Both the position numbers and the translations under genes were made by a program. From Eledone cirrhosa (lineage: Eukaryota), in assembly GCA_964016885.1 (NCBI GenBank), contig OZ024743.1, positions 84,010,001-84,074,000 of the forward strand: a stretch of 64,000 nucleotides of DNA, given 5' to 3'. Below are positions 11,696-27,849 of the stretch, piece after piece. Under the pieces are notes generated by a model. It was given only the letters and a program-made list of their open reading frames with translations. It was not told the DNA's origin and ran no database searches. Within the stretch, counting starts at the first letter, position 1; each line of letters opens with the position of its first letter.

Positions 11696-14070
11696 ACAGG
11701 CTGCATGAGGCGCAAGTCACCCGGTTTGGATGGTCTGCCCTACGAGCTTTACGTAAATATGCCAGACTTGTTCTCCAATCTCCTCGAAGCCCTCTACTGC
11801 AACTGGCAGCAAAACGGGAGTATTCCCAGTTCTGTGAGCCGGGGCGTAGTGACGATGATAAGGAAAGACGAGAACAAGAGGGACACATTAGACAATTTCA
11901 GGCCCATAACTCTGCTCAACACAGAGTTTAAGATTTTGGCCAGGGTGTTAGCGAAGAGGTTGGCGCTTGTCGTCGGGGATTTGGTTGGGGAGGCGCAAAC
12001 TTGCGCAATGCCAACCAGGTCCATACACGACAACCTCCAACTAATGCGATACATCATAGAGAGGGTAGGGTGTAAACCTGGCTTCGGTGGGGCTCTGATC
12101 AATTTAGATCAATCGAAAGCATTCGATAGGGTCGACCATCGGTACCTTGAGGCTGTCCTCAGGGTGGCTGGCTTCGGCCCCGTCTTCAGAGGCTGGATCG
12201 CTGCAATGCACAGCGGCACCTGCTCGATGGTCAAAATTAATGGCCACCTCTCGGAACCGTTTCAGGTCTCCCGATCGGTCCGTCAAGGGTGCCCTCTCTC
12301 CTCCCTTCTGTACGTATTGACTCTCGAGCCTTTACTGCGGAAGCTGGAGCTGTTGCAGGGCATCCCGCTCGAACCGGGACGCGGAAAGGTTGTGTCGGCT
12401 TATGCGGACGACATCACCGTGATGGTGTCGGACACCTCAGAAATCGAGGTGGTCGGCAACTTATTGGAGGAATATGAAAGGTTGGCGGGAGCAAAACTTA
12501 ACCCGGAAAAGTCAGTGGGCTTGCAACTCGGCACCTGGAGAGGCAAGTCCATGCCGTCCAACAGCGTCGTTGGGCGCTGGACGGACGGACCGGTAAAGTT
12601 GCTAGGGGTTTGGTTCGGGCCAGACCTCCAGGTGGATAAGAATTGGGACGAGGTGACGGGCAGGGTAATCAGTCTCACCCAGAAATGGGCTGGGATGAAG
12701 CTATCACTGAAAGGTCGGGCGGAGGTGGCGAACGCGTACATCGCGTCCGTCATCTACTACCGTCTGACTGTCGTCCCTTGCCCCCGTTCGCACCTCGCCA
12801 TCTTGGAGCGGCTCCTCTTCAAATTCTTGTGGAGGGGTCAGGTTCCGCTGGTGAGGCGGTCCATCTGCTGCCAGCACCCTCTACGTAGAGGGCTGGGCAT
12901 GCCGTGGCTAATGATGCGCAGGCACGCGCTGAGGCTGCGGCATCGCCAGATATTCTGCCTAAACGGTGAACAGGTGTGGTCGCCGTTTGTCAGACGGGCC
13001 TTTCCGCAGCTCGTTCCTTTGACTGAGTTGCAGTCCTGGGTCAAGAAGAGACCGAGACTGGGTGACTGCCTTCTGGAATGTTGCCAGGCACTCACTGCCC
13101 TCTACCAGGCGGGCAATGCGGTCAGTGCAACTTCCACTCTCGAGTTCTATAGAGGATTAGTGGTGGGCAAGTGCGACGACGCACTCGGAGAGGCTCTGGG
13201 AGTCAACGAAGTCGAACTAACCAGTCTGTACCAGAGGACTTTCGAGCCGGGGACGTTGGATAATTTCCAAAAATCCCTCGCTTGGCAGTGCTACCGGGGG
13301 GGGCACTGCCGGTTCGAGATAAACTCTACAGGCACGGAAGTGCTGTCATACTGACCTGTCCGAGATGCGCGCAGAGCGACGAAACCGTTCTGCACGCACT
13401 CGTCCAGTGTCCGTGCATTACTGACTTGTGGAGTTATGTTGAACAGCTGTTGTCGCGTGTAGAACGGATCCGGCTATCGGCCGAGTCCATAGTGAAGATC
13501 GACCCGCCGCCTTCTTTTGGCCAGGAAGGGCAGGCAATTTTCCTCTGTCTGGTGGCAGTAGCGAAAGAGGTTGTATGGTGGACGAGGTTGAAAGGACTGA
13601 AGACAGACACTTTTCTCTTCGGCCAATCCCTCATCAACTTTTTCAAGTTTCACTTGGAAAGGAAGGTGAGGTTGGAGAGAGAAGTGCTGCCCCCCAATAC
13701 ATTTGCTGAAAGGTGGGTGAATGTGGCGAGAATGGCCCGTGTGAGTGGGCCTACTCTGGTCATGCGGCTGTAGGTAGGTAAATTTGAAGGGGAGAGGGGT
13801 GCCCTTCCAGGGTGCTCTCGAAGCGTCGGGTCGTTCAGGACTGGTGGGGTACCTGAGCGAACCCTAGGTGGTCATCCCCCCTATTTTTGAATTTTTTTTC
13901 TTGTTGTAATTTTATTGTTACTTTATTGTTACTTGGTTATTGTTACTTTGTTTATTCATATTGTTTACTCGATTTTTCTGTAAAACCCCATTGTCCCAGT
14001 CTTTTGTATTGTCCCCTATATGTCGGCCCTTGTGGCCAATAAATGAAATCATTATTATTATTATTATTAT
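11696..14070 (+). mobile_element. Tx1/L1-clade LINE ORF2, 5'-truncated (RT plus C-terminal CCHC)
   Basis: ORF 11705-13354: [51 protein letters not shown]. Frameshift in the G-run near 13296-13303 leads into CPRC....ETVLHALVQC. AATAAA and (ATT)n tail follow. Confidence 0.92.
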
Positions 14071-14134
14071 TGTTGTTGTTGTTGTTGTTGTTGTTTTGTC
14101 TCGTGCAATGGCCATACTCGATAACGAGGGGGCA

Positions 14135-14205
<71 letters not shown>

Positions 14206-14435
14206 AGTTGTAATGGATAATATCGCCGCTATTTCTAGCAGTTAGAGAGACTACGTAGAGGTTTTCTTATAGTTATATAATTGATATTTTACTAAGTGAT
14301 ACTTTCTGATTTACAATAAATTAAATATAAATTGGAACCGTGTCTGAAGGTATTAAATTATATCAGGGACTTTTAACGTATGACACCTATACGAAAATTG
14401 AATCATTCCCGACGACACCGCGTACCTGCTGTCTT

Positions 14436-15052
14436 CATAATAACTTTAATTAATCTAATTATATCTTGTGTAACAATTATATATATATATATATACACAC
14501 ACAATTTTCTTTCCCCGACATCAGTCTTACACTGTCATATCTATTCTTACTTTACAATTGTGTCTACTAAGAGTTCCATTACAATCTGTAGTAGTAAACC
14601 TACTATTTCACCAGAACATCTGCTATCTGTCATTTATAGACAATATATATATTTTAGACCACATATCAACCTAATATATATATATTTCCTATCAAATCTG
14701 TAGCTAAAGACATAAAGTCAGCCTCACTACTTCATTCTAACAAGATATCAATTTATGACTAAAGATGAAGATACACCAACGTTAATGTCGTGAAATAAAG
14801 CTGATAACATCTTTGAAACTTCTAATTTGATAACAAAGAGATTATTTCTTTGGTTGCTTAGTAAAAACTAACAACACAACACATTGATTATATCTGAAGG
14901 AGGTAAATTGACAAAGGTTTACTTAATGTCTATATTAATGTTTGTAAATAATATAATTATGTGAACCCTACAACGATCCAGTAATTATATACAAGTGAAA
15001 ATATATATAACATTAGAAAAATATATTTCTTCCTCCACTTTTATATATAGAA
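14436..15052. repeat. ~610-bp AT-rich dispersed repeat, copy 1
   Basis: Near-identical direct copy at ~28536-29145. Confidence 0.85.
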
Positions 15053-15356
15053 AATTGTGATTGTGTTTTGCTCTAATCTACTACAAACCCTTCATAGATT
15101 GACGGGAGATGTGCAGTGTATTACCAAGTGGCTACCGTGGCTTGCAATCGTCCTCATTGGTAACTAGTGGTATGATGGTTGGATGGTAGTTTCTATACAA
15201 TCGTTACTGGCTGTTTTGGGAGTTTAAATCCCAAAATGTGATTTAATGAGTTTATATGAACTTAAAGCATGTAGGAGAGGTATTTTAAGGCTTAAACTAT
15301 GAAAACAACGGTTGTCTTTATGGTCTCTCTCTATCATGGTTGGTTCTGGAACGTAT

Positions 15357-15720
15357 CATGGCTTAGTGGTTAAAGCATTGGGCTTACAATCAAAAAGTGG
15401 TGAGTTCGATTCTCGGACCGGGTGATGTGTTGTGTCCTTGAGCAGGACACTTTATTTCACGTTGCTCCAGTTTACTCGGCTGTGATGTCACTGGTGCCAA
15501 GCTGTATCGGTCATAGCCTTTCTCTTAGACATATATATATAGTGTATATATACTGTACACGGTGTATATATAATATATACATAGTGTATATATATAGTAT
15601 ATATATATACGTTGTGACGTCACTGGTGCCAAGCTGTATCAGCCATTGCCTTTCTCTTGGACATCATATATAGGGTATAATATATACTGTATATAGTGTA
15701 TATATACTGTACACAGTATA
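15357..15720 (+). mobile_element. tRNA-derived SINE (family A, CORE-like body), 5' part
   Basis: A box TGGCTTAGTGG, B box GAGTTCGATTC, body GTGTTGTGTCCTTGAGCAGGACACTT. The internal module GATGTCACTGGTGCCAAGCTGTATC resumes at ~19990-20350. Confidence 0.75.
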
Positions 15721-15729
15721 TATATGTAT

Positions 15730-17076
15730 ATCATCATCACCGTTTTACGTCCATTCTTCCACGGTAGTATGGGTTAGACGAGTTGTTCTGTTTTGGGCAG
15801 TGCCAGGTCGGGTGACCTTATCTTGCTAAGTTGGGAACTGATTTTGGCTTGATTTCTACAGCTGGATGCCCTTCCTAACACCAACCTCACAGTGAGTGCT
15901 GGGTGCTTTTTTGTCGTGACACCTCCACGACCACTTTACAGTGGGAGGGGTGGTGGCATATTGTCTATATGCTTCACCTTCGGCTTGTACCCGGAGGAAG
16001 TCGGGTCTTCTGTATTACTGTGTGAAGCCAGAGGTCACGGTCCAGTGTCATCACTTTTGGGAGGTGCAATTGGGTAAGGTTGGCTTTTACCACCTCATCC
16101 CAGGTCTTCTTGGGTCTCCCCACTCCACAGCTTCCATTGACTTCTAGTGCTCTGCACCTTTTTATGTAGCTTTCATCCTTCATACACATGTCACATGTCC
16201 ATACCAACACAACCTCCTCTCCTGCACACACCATTTGATTCCTGTTATGCTCAGTCTCTCTCTCAATTTGTTTATGCTTTGCTGTTTGCGTATATTACTA
16301 TTACACATCCATCGGAGCATGCAAGCTTTGTTTCTTTCTAATCTACGCAAGTCTTCTACAGACAGCGCCCAGGTCTCACTACCATGTAACATTGCTGTTT
16401 GTATGCATGCATCATACTGTCTGCCTTTCATTTTGAGAGAAAAGCCTTTTGCAGCTAGCAGTGGCAGTAGCTCCCTGAACTTCTTCAATCCCATTGTTAC
16501 CCTGGTTACTGTACTTTCAGAACACCCACCTCCGCTGCTCATTCGGCCACCTAGGTAGCAAAAGCTGTCTATTGTTTCTACAGAGTTCTCCCAGAGTTTG
16601 GGGGTGCTTGTTTCTTTAGTTCTGCCATAGATTCAGCTATAAGGTAGAGCGGCTTACTTTTAGCTAGGTACTTTTCCAGTAACTGCCTCACAAGGAAGAG
16701 AGCATCAGTGGTGCTTTTTCCTGGCACAAGCCCAAACTGCATCTCATCCAATTTTACCCAGTCCCTGATCAACTGTGCTGTAACTCTTTCCATTACTTTC
16801 ATGACCTGGTCCATCAGCTTTATACCTCTATAGTTTCTTCTATCTAGTGCATCTCCTTTACCCTTGTAGCAATTGTTTTATTCAGGACTAAGCTGAGTTT
16901 AATGATTCTTGCGTTCACCCTGTTCACTGAGATTACCTTATCTACCCATTTGTCACCTAATAGTATACCTACACCGCCCATCCCATTGTCATTTCCCACC
17001 CAGAAAAATTTATAGCACTGATTTTTGCCTACAAACACTCTAGCAAACTCTCCTTTCCATCTAGTCTCTTGCACAC
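15730..17076 (-). mobile_element. RTE LINE with multiple internal deletions
   Basis: APE fragment (QETRWKG..GVGILL) 16844-17074, RT pieces 16578-16814 and 16180-16542, 3' UTR and GAT tail. Confidence 0.88.
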
Positions 17077-19270
17077 ATCATCATCATCATCATCATCATC
17101 ACCGTTTTACGTCCGTTCTTCCACGCTAGCATGGGTTAGACGGGTTGTCCTGTTGTGGGCAGTGTCTGGTCGGCTGACGATGCCTTGCTCATACAGGAAC
17201 TGATTTGGCTTGATTTCTACAGCTGGATGCCCTTCCTAACACCAACCTCATTTACAGTGAGTGCTGGGTGCTTTTTCGTGGCGCCTACACGTCCACTTTA
17301 CAGTGTGGGCTGGGTGCTTTTTTGCCGTGGCACCTCCACGACCACCTTGCAGTGGGAGGGGGTGGGGGCATATTGTCTATATGCTTCAGCTTGTACCCAT
17401 GGGAGGTCGGGTACTCTGTATTACTGCGTGACGCCAGAGGTCACGGTCGTGTGTCATCGCCTTTGAGAGGTGTAATTGGGTAAGGTCGGCTTTTATCACC
17501 TCATCCCAGGTCATCTTGGGTCTCCCCTCTCCGCGGTTTCCATCGACTTCTAGTGCTCTGCACCTTTTTATGCAGCTGTCATCCTTCACACGCATCACAT
17601 GTCTATACCAACGCAACCACCTCTCCTGCACACAGCATTTGATTCCTCTTATGCTCAGTCTCTCTCTCAATTCATTTATGCTTTGTCGTTCGCGTATATT
17701 ACTATTACACATCCATCGGAGCATGCAGGCTTCGTTTCTCTCTAATCTACGTAAGTCTTCCACCTTCAGCGCCCAGGTCTCACTACCATGTAACATTGCT
17801 GTTTGGATACACGCATCATACAGTCTGCCTTTCATTTTGAGGGAGAAGCCTTTTGCAGCAAGCAGTGGTAGTAGTTCCCTGAACTTCTTCCATCCCATTC
17901 TTACCCTAGTTATTGTACTTTCTGAACACCCACCTCCGCTGCTAATTCGGTCACCTAGGTAGCAGAAGCTGTCTACTGTCTCTACAGAGACCTCCCAGAG
18001 ATTGGTGGTACTTGTTTCCTGTGGCTGTTCGCTGCTTGCTGTCCCAGTACAGCTGCTGCATGTGAAGCCTACATTCTTAATTAAGCTTCCTGAAATCCCG
18101 CTACATCTCTTGTGTACCCATTGTTTGCATTTGGGGCAGAGAATGGAGTTCCTACCTACACCTTTCCTACATACTGAGCAAGGCCATTTCCCTGAGGGGA
18201 TCTGGGTTCTGTTTTCTCATCTACTTACAGGACCTTAGTCTTTGTCATGTTGACTTTGAGACCCTTTCTTTCTAGTCCCTGTTTCCAAGTTTGGAATTTC
18301 TTCTCTAGTTCTACCATAGATTCAGCTATAAGTGCGAAGTCATCAGCATACAGGAGTTCCCATGGGCATCCGGTCTTAAACTCCTCCGTTATTGCCTGCA
18401 GGACTATGATGAACAGGAGAGGGCTAAGAACAGAGCCCTGGTGGACCCCAACCTGTACGCTAAATTCCTCGCTATACTCATTGCTAATCCTAACTTTGCT
18501 GACTGCTCCCCTATACATGGCTTGTACAGCTTTCACAAGCCATTCATCTACTCCTAGTTTTCTAAGAGCCCACCAGATTACAGCACAAGGAACTCTGTCA
18601 AACGCTTTCTCGAGATCGACGAATGCCAGGTAGAGTGGCTTACTTTTAGCTAGGTACTTTTCCTGTAACTGCATCACAAGGAAGAGGGCATCAGTGGGGC
18701 TTCTTCCTGGTACAAACCCAAATTGCATCTCATCTAGTTTCACCCGGTCCCTAATCAACTGTGCTATAACTCTTTCTGTTACTTTCATGACCTGGTCCAT
18801 CAGCTTTATACCTCTATAGTTTCCTCTATCGAGTGCATCACATTTACCTTTGTAGCAGTTGACAATGATGCTACTGCACCAATCTTTTGGTATGACACCT
18901 TCTAGTATTACCTGGTTAACAATACGTGTGGTTATAGTGTGGCCTACAGACCCAGATGCCTTCAGCATCTCGGCAGCTATACCCGATGGACCGGTTGCCT
19001 TCCCCATCTTCATATCTTTAATTGCCTTACTTACTACCCTGCTGCTGACTTGTACTGCTGGCCCCTCTATAGGGTCTACTTGGGGTTGGGTCTCTTCTTC
19101 CCATATATTCTTTTCATTTAGTAATCTATCATAATGACTCTTCCATGCATCTTTCTTCTCAGCACTTGTGAGGGCAAGCTCACCTTTATCATTCCGGATA
19201 CACTTCTCTCCAATGACATCACAATTCTCTCTGACACACTGCCTCGCAATCTTGAACACCTCAAGCATAC
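17077..19270 (-). mobile_element. RTE LINE, 5'-truncated, most of RT
   Basis: 347-aa ORF with KATGPSGI, NYRGIKL, FVDLEKAFDRVP, GVHQGSVLSPLLF, YADD. A frameshift leads to the C-terminal ORF 17386-17898. (GAT)n tail at 17077-17101. Confidence 0.94.
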
Positions 19271-20874
19271 GTCAAGTTCCTTTCACTCTAGCATTTCTAC
19301 AATTTCTCCTGCTCTTCCTTTCATTGTGCTTACGTTGATGGTTCCAACTCAGAGTTTTGGACATTTCCCATCATTTGTGAGAAAGGGTGAATTTTTGCAG
19401 GGGAGTGTGTATGCTTCCTGTCTCTGAATTAAAGCTTCTCATGGGTGCTTGGTAACCTGTGGATTCATATTCATTTATTTGTTCAGGGTTGTTGTATTTA
19501 TCCATAGATAACGGTAAACAAAAATTCTTTGGTGCAGGACTAGAAGGACAGTAGGAGTAATGGCAGAGTTTGTTGGGGCTGGTAATGGGTAAGGACATGT
19601 TGCTGAGGTTTGATTGGTCAAATAGCCAATGGTGGTGAGTGGGAAATTGTGAGATAGGTAGCCATCATGACATATATCATCACAGGAGATTCGGGGGAAA
19701 TAAGCAGATATAAGTATGCATATTAGACAAGGCGAATATGCAAGAATTTCGAAGATGGTCACCTAGCTTCGTAAACACCGAAATGAATGAGTGAGATAAA
19801 GGGAGGTAATGGTGGGGGTTAGGGATGAGTTTGTAGAGAAAGACACAATGTCCAACATGGTTTATATCAAAAACAAGGTCGAAGTATATACGTTGTGGGA
19901 ACAAGTGAATGATAATAATGTAAACAGAACATTTTGAAATTGGGAAAGAGAGATACCTGTAGAATAGAAATAATCTATGGATGTCTGGGATATGTCACTG
20001 GTGTCAAGCTGTATCAGCCATTGCCTTTCCTTGGACAACATATATAGTGTATAATATATATTGTACACAGTGTATATATAATATATATATAGTGTATTTA
20101 TATGTTGTGATGTCACTGGTGCCAAGCTACATCAGCCATTACCTTTCCCTTGGACATCATATGTTGTGATGTCACTGCTGCCAAGCTGTATCAGCCATTA
20201 CCTTTCCCTTGGACAACATCGGTGGCATGGAGAGGGTAGACTGGTATACTTGGGTGACTGCTGGTCTTCCTCAAACAACCAGACTTGTGCCTCAGAGGGG
20301 AACTTTCTAGTTGCAAATCACATGGTCATTCGTGACTGAAGGTCTTTTATATGTTAGATGTGTATATAGTAATGTGTGTATATATAGATGTGTATTGATG
20401 TCCATGTTGGAGTCATTGATACCAATGCTAGGGAAGGCTGGTCTTCTATATTACTGTATAACACCAAAGATCTCGATCCTGTGTCATTGTCTTTGAGAAG
20501 TTCAATTGTGTGAGGTCAGCTTTTATAACCTCAAATTAGGTCTTCCTACTTCATAGCTTCCATCAAACATGTGAGGTCAGCTTTTATCACCTCATCCTAG
20601 GTCTTCTTACTCCACAGCTTCCATCAGTTTTATAAAATGCTTGAAAATGATTTAGAAAAAATTTTAATCAAAATCAAAATTTAATCCCAAAGAGAGGAAA
20701 TTGGAATATTATCCACTGAAAGTTGCTTAACCCTTTAACATTTAAACTGGTCATAACTGGCCAGAATTCTGTCCCCTTTTTCTGTTCAAAATTGGTTGTA
20801 ACTGGCCACTCTTATTGATATTAAGGTATTGTTCTCAATATAAATAATATCAAAATCTCATAGATTCGATATTA

Positions 20875-22400
20875 TGTGACATATGTGAGGTAAAGGCTTT
20901 ACCATGGAAATATAATAGTATATATATAAATTAATGTAAATGTTATGTGAGGTAAAGACTTTACCATGGAAATATAATAGTATATATAGAGTAATCTAAA
21001 TGTTATGTGAGGTATTATGTAAGGTAAAGGGCGGTGGATTGGCAGTATCGGTAGAGGGTCGGACGCCATGCTTTCCAGCAGAGTTACGTCCCTTTACGAT
21101 CTGAGTTCAAATCCCGCCGAGGTTGACTTTGCCTTTCATCCTTACGGGGTCGATAAAATAAAGTACCAGTAATGCACTGGGTAATTGCTGGCCTTGTGCC
21201 TAAAGTAGAAACAATTATGTAAGGTAAAGACTTTACTGTGAAAATATAATAGTGTATATAGAGTAATGTAAATGTTATGTGAGATATTATGTGAGGTAAA
21301 GCCTTTACTGTGAAAATATAATAGTAAATATAGAGTAATGTAAATGTTATGTGAGGTAAAGACTTTACTGTGAAAATACAATAGTATATATAGATTAATG
21401 TAAATGTTATGTGAGATATTATGTGAGGTAAAGCCTTTACTGTGAAAAATATAATAGTAAATATAGAGTAATGTAAATGTTATGTGAGGTAAAGACTTTA
21501 CTGTGAAAATACAATAGTATATATAGATTAATGTAAATGTTATGTGAGATATTATGTGAGGTAAAGCCTTTACTGTGAAAATATAATAGTAAATATAGAG
21601 TAATGTAAATGTTATGTGAGGTAAAGACTTTACTGTGAAAATACAATAGTATATATAGATTAATGTAAATGTTATGTGAGATATTATGTGAGGTAAAGCC
21701 TTTACTGTGAAAATATAATAGTAAATATAGAGTAATGTAAATGTTATGTGAGGTAAAGACTTTACCATGGAAATATAATAGTATATATAGAATAATGTAA
21801 ATGTTATGTGAGGTAAAGACTTTACTGTGAAAATACAATAGTATATATAGAGTAATGTAAATGTTATGAGATATTATGTGAGGTAAAGACTTTACTGTGA
21901 AAAATATAATAGTAAATATAGAGTAATGTAAATGTTATGTGAGATATTATGTGAGGTAAAGACTTTACTGTGAAAAATATAATAGTAAATATAGAGTAAT
22001 GTAAATGTTATGTGAGATATTATGTGAGGTAAAGACTTTACTGTGAAAAATATAATAGTAAATATAGAGTAATGTAAATGTTATGTGAGATATTATGTGA
22101 AGTAAAGACTTTACCATGGAAATATAATAGTAAATATAGAGTAATGCAAATGTTATGTGAGATATTATGTGAGGTAAAGACTTTACTGTGAAAATATAAT
22201 AGTATATATAGAGTAATGTAAATATTATGTGAGGTAAAGACTTTACCATGAAAATATAATAGTATATATAGAGTAATCTAAATGCTATGTAAGGTAAATA
22301 CTTTACCATGGAAATATAATAGTAAATATAGAGTAATGTAAATGTTATGTGAGGTAAAGCCTTTACCATGAAAATACAATAGTATATATAAAGTAATGTA
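20875..22400. repeat. Minisatellite of 60/72-bp units (~20 copies)
   Basis: Unit GTGAGGTAAAGACTTTACTGTGAAAATATAATAGTAAATATAGAGTAATGTAAATGTTAT with optional GTGAGATATTAT. Confidence 0.92.
21030..21213 (+). mobile_element. SINE family B, full copy with 16-bp TSD
   Basis: tRNA-like head (TGGCAGTATCGG, GAGTTCAAATCCC) and central GCCTTTCATCCTTACGGGGTCGATAAAATAAAGTACC domain. TSD ATTATGTAAGGTAAAG at 21014-21029 and 21214-21229. Confidence 0.88.
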
Positions 22401-22862
22401 AATGCTAATGTGTTAAACACCAAAGAAGGGACTTTTAGGTCCCGAAATATTGGACAGATAAAAAAAAAAAAAAAAAGAATCAAAGATTACCAGGTAACTT
22501 TTACTTTTCCTTACCTCATCTTACAGTCCATTTTGCATTCTTTCAACGTTATATATTATATAGAATGCTTCAAACAAACTACAACATTTTATTATATATC
22601 ATCATCATCATCGATTAACATCCATCTTCCACGCTAGCGTGGGTTAGTCAGGTCCCATTTAGACGCAAATTGGGTCTGGTGACCGTGTCTCGCTCATATA
22701 GGGGTGTTTCTGGCTGCTTTTCTACTGCTGGATGCCCTTCCTAATGCCAACCCCATTTACAGTGTAGGCTGGGTGCTTTTTGCTGTGTCTTTTACAAGTC
22801 CAGTGTAGGCCGGGTGTTTTTTGCTGTGTCTTTTACACATCCAGTGTGTGCTGGGATGTGGG

Positions 22863-22902
<40 letters not shown>

Positions 22903-23174
22903 CATCACCATTTAGCATCCATTTTTCCATTTTTGCATGGGTTAGACAGGTTGTCCATGCCAGGAGGCAAGTTTGGCCATGGTTCGCCATGTGTCGTATC
23001 TTCTCCGGTGAGACTGTAAATTTGGCTGGGTATTTTACAGCTGGATGCCCTTCCTGACACCAACCACGTTTACATTGTGTGTGTGTGTGTGTGTGTGTGA
23101 CAGCTCACACCTATGCAGGTTTAGCTGGTCTCCTCCAAGGTATATCTCGTTGGAGGTCTCTTGGGTAATTTAAT

Positions 23175-23340
23175 GATAGGGACCCCAGTCCTATCATCTC
23201 ATTTCTACAGCTGAGTAAACTGGAGCAACGTGAAATAAAGTGTCTTGCTCAAGGAAACAACACATCACCCGGTCCGAGAATTGAACTCACAACCTTTTGA
23301 TTGAAAGCCCAATGCTCTAACCACTAAGCCATGTGCCTTC
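23175..23340 (-). mobile_element. SINE family A head and core
   Basis: Reverse complement of 57660-57820. Confidence 0.8.
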
Positions 23341-24160
23341 ACGTTTACAGTGTGGAAATGGATGGCTCCGTTATGAGGAGGGACAGGCAAGCTGGCTGTG
23401 CCAAACCCGCCTCACATTGGAACCATAGAGTTTTTGGGGCCTGGTACTGGGTGGTACCACTATGAGAAGGGTTGGCCAGTCGGCTGCACCACTATGAGAA
23501 GATGTGGCCAGTTGACCGAACCAAACCCATCTCACAATGTTACCACAGTTTTGGGGACCTGTACTAGATGACACCGCTATGGTGATGGTGTAGCTGTAGT
23601 TTGACTTATATATAGCCTTGGTTTATATAAATAAAGAAACATCACACAGGTATATTTCTATAGTTTACCAATGTACAATATTTACCGGCGCCAAAGATGC
23701 TTCATCCTCGAGTACTCACCCTAATTTTGTCAACCAAACATTTAAAAAAAATAATAAACAACCTTCGGCCTCCAAGAAGAATGGTTGATTGTTGAGATTT
23801 ATTTTTGGCAAAAAATAACATCTTCAATGCTGGGAAATATGGTGAAAATGTAAAATTTCCACTGTTAAATCTATCCCCGTATTTTAAGTATTCTCTATTA
23901 TCTCTTACTGTTTCTTTCTTATAAGTCCTATAAGAATGGATTTTATACTAAACTGCCATAGAGCAGACCTCTGAAGAGATAGAAGGATAAAATTTATATA
24001 GCATGCTGAAATACCACTGCTTACATTGGAGAGAATTGCTCTGGACAGGAAAGTTGATATCTACAGTTTACCAATATAGAAATATAAAATTTCCACTGTT
24101 AAATCTATCTCTGCTTTTTAAGTATTCTCTATTATCTCATACTGTTTCTTTCTTATTTCA

Positions 24161-26760
<2,600 letters not shown>

Positions 26761-26969
26761 TTACTATGAAATTCTTCTCCTTTCATTTTATTTGTAGAAG
26801 TTGTAACCAAGACTTGTGCTGACAAAACTGTATTGTTCAGAATTTACATACGCTATATATATGTGAATGTATGTGTGTAGAAATTTGTGTCTGTGTATAT
26901 GTTTGTATATAAGTATGTGCATATCTGTGTTTGATTTATTTGTGTATGTATGTGTGTATATGTACGTCA

Positions 26970-27605
26970 TTTTCATCAATATCATCACTGTTTTTATGTC
27001 CATTTTTCCATGCTTGCTTGGGTTGCACAGGTCCTTCTCAACATGGCATCTTTGAACTCGTCGTGTTCTTTTGTCATCTCTTCTGTGAGAGTCAGTGATT
27101 AGAAGTCAGTTCACACAGCCTCTGTCCAGGTCTTTCTTGGTCTACCTCTACTATGGCTTCCTTCCACTGGGATTTCCTGGCACTTCTTCACCCAGTAGTC
27201 ATTATCCATGTGCATCACATGTCCGTACAAATACAGTCTTCTCTCTTACACACCACTTCAGATCACTCTTAAACCCAGCTTCTTCTTGAACTTGTCCAAG
27301 CTCTGCCTTTCTCTCACACTTACACAACATATCCTACAAAGCATGGTTGTTGCATTTCTCTCCAGTCTACATATCCTCTGCCGTCACAGCCCTTGTTTCG
27401 TTACCATGCATCATTGCACATCACCCACATGCGTCATACAGTCGTCCTTTTATACAGAGAGAAACCTTTTGTGGTCAACTGTTGCAGTAGCTCTCTAAAC
27501 TTTTTCCATCCTATCCTTATTCTAGCTATTCATCTTTCAGAGCAGCCCACTCCACTGCTAATTAAATCACCTAGATTGCAAAAGCTATCAACCACTTCTA
27601 TGTGT
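26970..27605 (-). mobile_element. Older RTE fragment
   Basis: Degenerate reverse-strand RTE C-terminal text ([27 protein letters not shown]). Confidence 0.7.
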
Positions 27606-27849
27606 ATCTAATTACATATATAATTAAGTCTGACAATTCCACCACTAAAGATTTACCTCCCTTTTTGACAATATGAAACTCGTCTGTTTGGGGTGAAAAT
27701 TGTTGGAGGAAAGAACTTCCTTTTAATATTTGTCAGCATGCCCAAGGTGAGTTAGCTAAGAAAGTAGATTTTACATGGGGTCATTGCACTGGAACAGTAA
27801 GAAGCAATCGCTTTTAGGAAACAAGCTCTATCAAATATTTAAAAGATTC

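Larger units (their letters stand above)
20731..22412. mobile_element. piggyBac-type MITE swollen by an internal 60/72-bp satellite
   Basis: TTAA|CCCTTTAACATTTA ... TAAATGCTAATGTG|TTAA. Same termini as the short copy at 35447-35773. Confidence 0.7.

Noticed and set aside
11705-13773. GC-rich ORF as bacterial contamination, retron or group II intron RT
   Set aside because: Motifs, the C-terminal CCHC and the AATAAA/(ATT)n tail are those of L1/Tx1 LINEs, and a second fragment is integrated at 39.0-39.7 kb.
15055-15350. Possible mitochondrial insertion
   Set aside because: I could not recover any recognisable mitochondrial protein or rRNA motif on either strand.
15357-15425. tRNA genes (also 21030, 57660)
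   Set aside because: A/B boxes run straight into SINE bodies that recur in multiple copies, and there is no complete cloverleaf.
21142-22483. Hydrophobic repetitive ORFs as membrane proteins (also 53533-55387)
   Set aside because: They are translations of satellite units.
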